DNA of 64,000 nucleotides from Acanthaster planci (Eukaryota). Every line of letters starts with the position of its first letter. Positions within the stretch are counted from its first letter, which is position 1. A program made the translations under genes and the position numbers. Shown in pieces: positions 53,701-64,000 of this stretch. The stretch covers positions 744,961 through 808,960 of the forward strand of contig NW_019091358.1 in the NCBI RefSeq assembly GCF_001949145.1, read 5' to 3'. The notes beneath the pieces were generated by a model. It saw only the letters and a program-made list of their open reading frames with translations, made no database searches and was not told where the DNA came from.

Positions 53701-56325
53701 CATGAACATTGATTAGTTGTTCACTGTCCTTCATGGCTCTCATTCAGATGGCTGGTATTTCATCCAGTTCTTGGAGTGGATTAACACCACTTTCCTGTCT
53801 AAAGTACCGGTAGGCAAGAGGAAAATCCTCACACAACAGCCAAAAAAACAAACAAACAAACAAACAAACAAAAACCCCAAAAAAGAAAAACATCTCCCAG
53901 ACACCAAGAACTTCTAAAAACTTACATGGAAAAAGTTGAAGTTAGCCCTTTTCAAAATCACCATCTGAAATGAGAAAATGTGCTTCCGATAACTTTCATG
54001 TCCGGAACATGGAAAAAAAAAACGACCATTTTAATACATGTACATGCACACCCCCTTATTTTATCTGAAAATCTGAAAATCAAAATTCATGACTTTTCCA
54101 GTATCGGTACTTTCCGGGATCAAAATATGACAATTTCCATAATTTTAACATCATTTTGCAAAGAAAGGTTGTTAGGTATTATAATTTTCCCATGACTTTC
54201 CAGGATCACTTTTTTCCCAGGATTTGCAAGATTTTCCGTGACTGCGGGAACCCTCGTTTATAATATTCATAGTAGGCCTACACTAAAATAAAGCTGAAAT
54301 ACCTCTACATGTATACGTTCATCACTCCTTCAATTTGAGATTTCATCCAATTGCCAATAAAAAAGTCACAGTGTTGTAAATCTCACATTAAGAACATTTC
54401 TGTTTTCACCAAATAATACTATAATGATTCATAATTTCTCAGGAGTCATAAGTCCCAACAGCTTGTGCGCAAACTTCTACATGTACCTGTGTCAGTTTGT
54501 AAGCACAGTTTAATTCTGACAGTGACACGTGTACATGTGTTCTGCATATAACATAGAATACTACAGCTTCACAACTTGATTTATTAATAAGTATGAGTTC
54601 TGTGTCTACTTTCATACAGTTACCTGCATGTACATGTACAAATATAAACATACAAAAATAATCTTTGAGGAATGGGGCTGGGTGAATGTAAGAAATAAAG
54701 CATGGCCATAGGTACGGTGTGTGCATCCATACTTGCTCCATTGTGGCCATACATGACATGTACATGTAGTGGTGGGGTCTACACGAGCGTTCAAACATAT
54801 ACAGCTGTACCGCTCCGTGTATGTAGAAATCCTACTTCCATGATGTACATGTACAGTACGTACATGTACATGCGCATATAGGAATCATTGTACGTGTACA
54901 TGTAATTTACATGTACAGACATTGTACAGGTACATGTATGGGGGGTGGGGCGATAGATTTTCATCCCCACAACTTGGTCTCCACAAATTTCCCAACAAAA
55001 GAACTTGTCCCCTTATGTACATGTAAATTGGGGGAGGCCTACCCATATGAAGGAAAATGTACTTGTACATGTACAAATGTACCTGTATGGATGTACATCA
55101 CAAGTCATGCAAGAGTGAAAGAACTCTTACCGTGATGTGAATTGTTGTGTATACACACTTTACTTGGGGGGGGGGCAGTGTTCCACACTGCAGGTACATG
55201 TACATATGTACATTGTCATGATTGTGTTTCACTGTGAGTTCAATTTTGCTAGCACTTGAAAGACAAGAGGTAAAGGGTGTTTTGAGACTTGAATGTTTTG
55301 TCCTTCAGTAAATATTGCAACTTACATGTATACTGCAGTTGTAAGTTTATCAGATTAATCTACAAATTTAAGTTCTAAAAATAAGTTCCCATTCAATCAT
55401 GCTAGGCTGCAATGCAATGTGACAGGGCAGATAAATCCAAACTACATGTACATGTACCATAGCATGACTGACTGTTCACATCATTCAGAATTCATGATTC
55501 ATTCCAGGTGGCAAAGGTCACTTTCTTTTCCCTAAATCTGACCTACCATAACATTGCTACCAAGGGAGATCCTGCCCTGAACCACATTCCACAGTGCTGT
55601 GGTTTCGGTGAGTGCAATGGTACGAATTATTCCATGTGGTGTCAGATGGGAGCTGACAAGCCGAGTGAAATGGTTCATGTACATTTCATCTGTGACTGAA
55701 TTAAATGACTCTTTCCAGTGCATAGCTATGATTTCTTCATTACATTTTGTTGTATGCACCATCTGAATAAACCTTTGACTCTCCTACGAGAAACTGTTTT
55801 TGAGACCAAGCGACAGAACTTTCATTCACTGGTAGAGTGGAACATCTGTTTTGGGTTTTTTTTTGTGGCAAGGCCATGCCATGGGTCAAGGTAAAAAAAA
55901 GAAAAAATTGTGAAATGAGTTCAGCACTCCACCACTCAGCTTACGGGGATTTTATTCAGGCAATGTGCAATACTGGTTCTCAAAATCACACTCATTAACC
56001 TCTTAGTAACTTATATGTGTACACATACATGTACATGTACCGGTGCTTGTCAAAATGTATTCAGATTGATTTGAAGTACATGTACTTCATGCATGAACAC
56101 ATTTGCCATGTCTTCATATATGATACTCATCACAAAGGACTCATAAATCATATTAAGCTTTTACTTGTACTCATGGAAATGTACGGGTACTTGACTACCA
56201 AACTTCAAAATTTCAGCATGATTAAATAAATGGCCAATCGCATGGCAGCAGGCAGCCTTGCTTTCACTCGTAATTCTTCCGGTGTGGGAGGACAAATTTT
56301 ATTGCAGCTCCTGTCGCGTCGAATA

Positions 56326-57686
56326 TCATGTGATGAAAACTTCATCCATCTCCACTGGGGAATAGCGGATCTTGTCCCCGAAGTGATTAGGCGGTTTTAA
56401 TCTGGGTCCTGACGAGCATTTGGTGAAGAATATGACGCCGAAGACAAACAATGACAAGATGCCCAGGGCACCCAGGCTCAGGAAAAACACGGCTACGGGG
56501 GGAACAGCCAGAGAGGTGGTGGGTGCCGAGCGAAGGCTTTCTGCTTCCAACAGCCGGAAATCCCACAAGTCATTCAGGGCCCCCACCGACCCATTCCTGG
56601 TGAGCCCTCCAAACAGGTAGTAGGTGCTGTTCCAGGCCCAGCTGGCACAGTAGGCACGCGGTGGTGGTTGGCCCTGGGGTTCTGCTGTCCACTCTTGGAA
56701 ATCTCGGCCGGGTGGACTCGCGGACTCCTGAAAGTTCATCCACCTCATCAGCCTGAGGTCCAGCATCCACAGGTTGGAGTGGGTGGGGGACGTCTTCCCG
56801 CAGGTGCCAATACTCCCATCATCACTGTCCAATAACCACAGATTACTATCAGCATCCGACCAGAATGCTGGCTGGACCGGGCAGCTGGGCTGTTGGCTGA
56901 CCCCAGCCACGCCATTATCAGTCCTCCCTTTACTTACTGCTGCATCCATGTTCACATGCTCCCACTCATTTGTAATTGTAGAGTACCTCCACAAATCACA
57001 CTTGTTCTTGACGGTGCTACTTTTTCCTCGACAGGCTTTATCTGGTCCAGAGGGCTTTCCTCCTAAAAAATAGAGCTGGGTGTCATTTAATACCCAGGTT
57101 GCAGTTTTCCAATGTCCAAAATCAATCATTTCCTCTTGATTCTTTCCTCTAGCAATGGGAGCACCTACCTCTGTCCACTCGTAGCTCTCAAATGTAAACT
57201 TCCACATTGTCGGTGGAGTTGCAAGGTCAGAGGTCACGCCTCTGTAAATCCACAAGGAATCGTGGGTGCACCAGTGCGCCATGTTGGTTCTCACGTCGGG
57301 CTGCAAGCTCTCCGTCAACAGCACCCATGACTCGTTGTGTAAGTGGTACAGCCAGGTGTCACTCAGGAGATTCTCTGCAGACCGGGCCCCTCCGTAGACC
57401 ACGACCGACGAGCCGGCTACTCCGCACACGGCTGCACCATATCGCGGTCCCGGCCAAGCTTGCTCCTTCCCCCGCCGGACGTTAGTCCATTCCTGCGAGG
57501 GCATGTCGTACAGCCAGAGATCGTTGAGTGGGGTTCCACTGCCCTCTTGCCCACCAAACATCCAGAAAAGTCCAGCGGTGGGGTGTGTCCATATCCCGCT
57601 ATGGGCCCTGCAGCCAGGATACTGGTTACCAGCCGTTAGAGTGCTAGGCTGATTAACCAGCCTCGAGCCATCCAACCATGTCCATA
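56326..57686 (-). CDS. Kelch-repeat beta-propeller type I membrane protein, main and terminal coding exon
   Basis: Six Kelch-like blades (WMFGG...LNDLW, VVYGG...SDTW, WIYRG, YFLGG...CDLW, NLWLL...SNLW, YLFGG...LNDLW), hydrophobic TM VAVFFLSLGALGILSLFVFGVIFF, short tail. Acceptor ttccag at 57687-57688. Confidence 0.88.
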
Positions 57687-58788
57687 CTGGAAACCAAAAA
57701 CCATAATATGATTACAATTACAAAGAAAGGAAACGAGCAAATGAGAGCAAAATAGAAAAAGCAAAATGCCAACTGAAATTGAGGATCTTACCATGCAACC
57801 TAAAACCCTCTGGTTAGTGGTGTGCTTTGATGGGTGTCATCAGCTGGTTACTGACAACAGAATATGTACATGTACCCACACGGTCAGGTGTCCATGGAGG
57901 CATGATCGGTATTAAAAAATCTTGTGGGGAAAGAGACTGGACAGTGCTATGCCAAGAATCCTCTAAAGTGACTCATGCTATGCTGGTACACTATGCCTTG
58001 TGATACGTGTACATGTACTGTACATGTGCCAACATGTACATTATTTTGGAAGCATTTTTTGGACAATGATTTGATATGAATTTTATAGGCAAACTGGCTG
58101 ATGACAGTTTCGGTTTATTTTTGGCAAGTGTTACAAAGAAGGCCTTGGGTAATAGGCCTGAGAAGAGGAACATGCCATTTTGGTCAAACACCTGGTATCC
58201 TTGTCAAGCTGGACTCATTACACATGTAAAAACGGGGGCAGATCCAGGAATTTTCTAGGGTTGGGTCAGGCTGGAGATTTTTTAATGTCTCTCGGACAAG
58301 CAGAAACGAGCATGAAACATTATCCATATGCACTGTTTACAACAGTATTGGGGCACTAACCATACTTTAGTTAGGCCAACATGTACATGTACATACATGT
58401 ACATGTACACGTACAGCGTATATATTTCCTTCCTACTATTTTCCCAACTTTTTTTCCATTTTTTGTGTTTTATTTGTCTCAGAGCAGGTTTTATTGGACC
58501 CTCCCCTGAATCCTCACCTGTGTCAAGTCTGATCATGGAAAAAGTCAGCTCAATTGGTAAAACAACAGCAAAACAGCGTCACCTACACCAAATTTTAACA
58601 AGTACATGTGCGCGCCACATTCTTTTGTGAAACAGCCAAAAATTTGGTGTTGCCCAAAGGAACACCAAGCATAAAACGCCATTTTCACCGCACATGCATG
58701 TACATGTACGCGTACATGCTTGCATTCCATGTGTGGTGCGGCACCTTGCAGCCAAGGAAACTGACTGTGCCTGGCATCCATTCAATTA

Positions 58789-59201
58789 CAGTCGGCAAGT
58801 TTGATCAAGGATCACTAGTTAACCAGCGGTTGGTTCGTGACAAACATACATGTACCAATACCAAGTGCATGTGCAGCGAAGTTGAAGTGCGAATGACCCT
58901 AGTCAACCGTTGTCAGGTCGTTAGGTGGAAAAGGTGGCCGCAGAGAGGGCAAAATAGCAACAACAACAACAAAAAATGACCGTTTACTAGTGACATACAG
59001 TGTACTGTTTTTCCGGCACTGTTCTTAGAACTGGGGTCCTCTCTGCACTGTGCTGTTAAACATGATTTATGGCAACCTCGGTAGGCTGGTCGCAAATACA
59101 TGTAGTTGACAAGACTAGTCCAACCATCGTCGGCTAACGTGCGTTCAGTCAGAGATAGTCAAACTACATGTATGGTCCTTGATCAAAATTGCCCTGTGCT
59201 G
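58789..59201 (-). mobile_element. MITE family A, copy 2 (TA-CAG...CTG-TA ends, Tc1/mariner-like)
   Basis: TA|CAGTCGGCAAGTTTGATCAAGGATCA ... TGGTCCTTGATCAAAATTGCCCTGTGCTG|TA; internal homology to copy 1. Confidence 0.75.
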
Positions 59202-59627
59202 TAAAGAAATCCTAACTTTCTACTGGTACTACATGTATTCATTGTACATGTACTTCATTGGATCCTACAGCATTGGATTTACCTATTGAATAATTTAAGC
59301 ACTACCTGTTATGTACAAACATGCAAATGTTACCAGTACATGTACATGTATGTAGGATTACATGTACACTTACATGTACCAGTATTACATGTACAATGTA
59401 CATGTGTACATACTGGTATGTACACACTGTATTGTGAACCCCCTAGAGTAGGTGATCTTGGTTTGAATCTTTAAATTCTTGTCCATTTCAGATCACAGAG
59501 AATGCATGCACATAATAAAAACCTGAATAACTTACATGTACACAATATTCATAAAATCTGAAATTGTTAACCTGGTTTGTCTATAGCTAAAATGCAATGA
59601 GGCTCAAATGTGTTGGCAGTACTGTAC

Positions 59628-59718
59628 CTGGAACGCTTCCCTCATTAGCTGACACCAGCCACAAGGAGAGGTAAATGGCCAGAACTATGGGTAGGCGGGC
59701 CACCAATGCGGATGCCAT
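59628..59718 (-). CDS. Signal-peptide exon of the Kelch membrane protein
   Basis: MASALVARLPIVLAIYLSLWLVSANEGSVP. It is 91 nt, ends in phase 1 at CCAG|GTACAG and joins the 57686 exon in frame (V-WTWLDGS), giving 483 aa. Confidence 0.75.
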
Positions 59719-60093
59719 GCCGAGATGAGAACATCACACCGACGCCCGCGATCCCCCAAGATCTGAAGACATCATCGTCATCAGCTCATCCGAGTGAACC
59801 GACGCCACGACCCATGCAGGATTTATTACGACGCCTCATCTACATGTATATTCGCCACCAACAATTACTGTACCCAACCATTGCATGTGGTGTCCGACCT
59901 TTCTCATATCAAGTCATGTGAAACATTTGCTCACTATACACACTGGCGGACAGGAAGGGGTGATCCATCATTATGTCCAGGATGTGTTAAATGAAGGTGA
60001 CTTAGTGTAAAGTCACTTGCATTTCCAAGGATGGCCTTCATATACCTCAATGTCTCACATACTGACACGCAAAGCAGACTCGGTGGCCCTTAC

Positions 60094-60153
60094 CCACCAA
60101 TGACCTGGCCCACTTTTCAGGGTGTGTCCTGTTCCTTGTGCTATACAGACAAA
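60094..60153 (-). other. Putative 5' UTR exon of the Kelch gene
   Basis: On the minus strand a long polypyrimidine tract plus TTTCAG acceptor and a TGG|GTAAGG donor bound a 60-nt segment. Confidence 0.35.
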
Positions 60154-62130
60154 CTGAAAAATAACAGGAAAAAGAAACGACAAAATTAAGTACACAGGAT
60201 ATACAATTTTTTAAAAAGAAGCCTAAGAAAACACTTCTGATGAGCTTGCGGTGACTCAGCCTGAAACTTCACAATTCCAAGAATTGACAGCAACGGCTGA
60301 ACAGACCAGGTATTTGCTTTGATTGCTTCAAATGCTCTCATGTCATGGACAATTCTATAATCAGACTATGGCAAAAAAGCCCACGAGGGAAGTTGCGTTG
60401 GACCTCTACATGAATCCAATGACCAGAGTAACACTGGTCATTTGCAAGGACCTGGGTACTATCATTTCACTGCGCATGTGCACTTATACATGTATGTAAT
60501 TTGAGAAATTCACACTTTTTCAAAAGTCAGACTTTTCAAAGATTCATGTGACTAGTGTTTAGTGAGGTTACAAGATTAGCAAAAAATGATTGTTCCAATC
60601 TTTTTACAAGATCTTTCTGCCCTCCTCACACTGAATTTTAAATTTTTAATCCATTAGGATTTAATGCATTCGTCTTTCACATGTTCATCAAAGCCATCAA
60701 ACCACAAATACGATGTACAAACTGCACATGAAGTACACATTTATTGTACCCTCAGATCCCATATAAGCTATCACGTACACGTATATGTAACCCCAAATTT
60801 AGGTACCGCCTCCAAGTTGCAATCCGTAAGAAATAACAGCTCAAGCACAGCACACAGTGCATACTACCGTACATATCATGCTAACTCCTAGAGGCAAAGC
60901 TTAGAACTGCATACCAGTACCAGTACCCTCTGTTTTACAGTATGTCTCCTGGGCCCAACGTTATAGTGCTGCTTAATGGCCCATTTCGTGCTTCATGAGT
61001 GCTCCCACCAAATGTTCTACCTCACTGCAAACACTCAGCCGCTACAAAATTTAGCCCTGATTAGTATATGGCTAGCTCCTTATCTGAGAACCTCAATACA
61101 CGTACACCAGCTTCTGAAAAAACTGTACTGATACACCTGTACATGAAAATACATGTATGTAACTGCTGATGTCTTTCACTAAATTGTTCCATGGATGCAC
61201 AGGTGTTGCTATAAATAAAAGGCGGCTTCCTGCTTGCACATTAATATGCAAGTACACTGAGCATGTGGAAGTGTTGACCTGTATTCCAGATTGACAATCT
61301 CTAGTCCAGCCAGATAGGAACTTGAAGCCTCTATGCATCATAAACAAATCAGCCATATGTCAGCACCTACAAATAAGGGGTGGTTTATAGGGTCTGTGAA
61401 ATTTCCATGCATCAAATATCCCTCCACTGGGGCACAATTGGCAACTTTGGGCCAAACTGCCTGGTTTCCTGCCTGGTAATGAGGTTTGCAGCATATGACA
61501 GTGTAGGCACCATGAACAGAGTACAGACATGAAGTACTCACAGTTGGCAGGTGTGAGGAAGGGCCGACATGGACCTTAATCCGCAAAGGGCACATGTCAC
61601 CACTTCACCACTCATCATTTGATGTCAGTCCAAAGGGCAGCCATTGTATGAAAGGTGCCCTCTCAGTCTCAACTGAGTTCATGGGCACGCACGGTACAAT
61701 GTACATGTACATGAACACCAAAACTTCTAACAAACTGATTCCATTCTGACGTTATACCCACATAGACCAGTCTAAAAATATCGCATGCTGGCAAATGCAT
61801 AAAAGGCACAGCTTCCACTCTATTGCTATTTTTTTCTCCATTCCGTCAAGGTTCAGCGGATCTGAAGAAAACGTCTACCCCATGGATATAGCAGTTGTAT
61901 ACACAAACAAGTGCACTTGGTAAGGAGGATAAAAAAAATCTGTACAAGGAGATCAAGTCCAAAACTGCACATTTAATGCACAGATGCACATGTAAGTATA
62001 TGTGTATGCTCACTGTAAAAACTGAACACTAATGATCACATCTTACCAATGCTTTTAAGATAAGAATGGTACATGTACATACAAGGAACAATGTGTGCCG
62101 GTAACTCCTCCATGCATGAACATACTTGTA

Positions 62131-62380
62131 TATGAGTAATTCCACAAATTTGGGGTCCTTTTTTTTCCGTGCCCCTGTCACATCTGACATGATTTTGTAA
62201 GTTCAGAACACATTTTCTGATTTCCAAGAGTGATGAATCAACGCAAATTACCCGCCAAACAAATTGTAATAGTTAGAAATCAATTCCGGTGATATTCCCA
62301 TGTCAACTAACAAAGGCCAGATGTAACAGGGACACAAAAATGTCACACATTTGGACCCCTAATTGCTGGAATTACCCACA
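62131..62380 (-). mobile_element. MITE family C, copy 2
   Basis: GAGTAATTCCACAAATTTGGGGTCC ... GGACCCCTAATTGCTGGAATTACCCACA. Confidence 0.75.
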
Positions 62381-64000
62381 CGTACACATATGTACACATG
62401 TGTACATGTCGTATATACAGTAGTTATGAAGATGTAGGAATTTCTCTGTGTTACGAATAAAATGTTCGGCTGTGTTGGTCTCCTAAAGACAAGGCTAATG
62501 GACTTTACAATATGCTCAATATATTATTTAAACTGAAACCACAGATTACTGTAACTGTAGGTCTCAGAAGTATAGCAACATAATAAGCTTCACTGCAAAT
62601 TACACGTACATGTACATGTATAAACATGTACTGTACATGTACATGTATAGTAGCTGCACTACATACTGTGCATACACATGTACTGTACTGTACTGTACTG
62701 TTATACAAAAGATCAAGCTGTACATGTACTTCTCAGACAGAACAAATTTTTAAAGACTTTTTCAAAAGAAACCTGCGCTACATGTAATTGTAACCACATG
62801 TACTGGTACGTACATGTACATGTATGTGCACAGCTACATGTAGGTACATGCACCTGTACATGTGCTCCATTTAAATTAAAACTACATGTACACAGACAAA
62901 CCAATGCTGTCAGACTGTGCATGTAGTCTGTAGAGTTCATTTGATACATATACATGTGTACACGTATACATGTATGTCATGTACATGTGAATCATAGACA
63001 GTATTTGTCTACATGTGTGTTGATCTGTACAGACTTGCACCACATACATTTACAATACAAGATTAATACTGCCCACGGGAATGCCAGGAACTATAAGTTT
63101 GGGTTCCACTGTTTTCCATCTACCTGCCACATCTGACGTACATATGTTGTAAGTCTAGAAGCCTATTTAACTTTAACAACTTTACATGTAGATTTGCTCA
63201 TGGAGGACTTCCTCCATGATTTGCTCAATGGATGCCTCAAATGAAGTACTGATATTACCTGTGGTGATTTCCTCTCTACACGAAGCAACGACAATGTACT
63301 AGTACATCCTGTGGACAATAATGCACAGGGAATTCTTGAAGAAACGTGATTTCAGTTGTGTTCACTCCTCATTAGAACACACTCGCACTGCACATGTACA
63401 GGTACAATATACCAGTACTTCTGGACAACATGTTTTTTTTACAAGTGGGCAGTATATGCAGCCTTAGGCCACTTTTTACCCTCACTTTTTGGGGATGTAC
63501 ATATAATGTGTGATGTCCATCGCGACTGCATGTGCACGTAGCGCCAGCCGCTACCAAAACTATTATAGACTGGGCCCCACATGTTTAACTGTTTGAAAGC
63601 ATTTTGAGCTTGTGTATGTACACAGGACATAAGACCACCTTGTTCGTCTGGTTTCCAGATGTAAATGTAAAATACAGAAATGACATCATCTGAAAAAGAG
63701 TGCCTGACCAAGTGTATGGGGAACTGAAGGGACTCCTTTACTGTACATATTTTCCAACCATACCCCATCAAAAACACGTTAAAATTAGCAGGATTCCAGT
63801 TGATTAAGCAAGTTTGGCAGCTTTTGGATATCGTTTTATACCAAATAAAAAACCTTTTTTATTTTGCCAATGCGCAGGTCTACGGCGACACACGCACTGA
63901 CCAGAAACCAGAGAGTTTTTGGTTGGCCTTTGTAAGACTTAGCTTCTAATGAGATACGGGGTACATGTAAATGTGTTTTAAAAATTTACATACATACATG

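Larger units (their letters stand above)
50470..64000. repeat. Region dense in TACATGTA / (TACATG)n micro-repeats
   Basis: Dozens of TACATGTA and short arrays, for example 54845-54872, 58379-58412, 59338-59410, 62604-62700. Confidence 0.9.

Noticed and set aside
60237..60270. CTGATGAG...GAAAC hammerhead-like core
   Set aside because: Stem II does not close next to GAAA, and there is no convincing stem I/III or cleavage triplet
50717..63777. Many short ORFs rich in MYMY / TCTC / HVHV
   Set aside because: These are translations of (TACATG)n, which has no stop in any frame; they are not a repeat protein family

Overview
Eukaryotic (animal) genomic DNA from a draft assembly with two N-gaps (15650-16476, 33015-33273) and two single-N joins (10664, 11680). 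An invertebrate deuterostome such as an echinoderm is my guess from repeat style only. Three protein-coding genes can be built by hand. (1) A complete SEC23 (COPII inner coat, Sar1-GAP) on the + strand: 17 coding exons from 6603 to 48208, 2301 nt, 766 aa, all introns GT-AG. (2) A two-coding-exon class A orphan GPCR (about 402 aa) nested antisense in the 22.9-kb SEC23 intron 18574-41446. (3) A convergent gene on the - strand encoding signal peptide, six Kelch-like blades, one TM helix and a short tail (483 aa). Non-coding DNA is full of MITEs (piggyBac/TTAA, hAT-like, Tc1/mariner-like), including an apparently heterozygous nested piggyBac insertion. There is also a candidate Penelope-type minimal hammerhead ribozyme. 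The most unusual signal is the abundant TACATGTA motif: comparing paralogous repeat copies shows TA aligned to TA-CATG-TA at several independent sites, which matches a Tc1/mariner excision footprint. All alignments and gene models were done by eye; no database searches were run.
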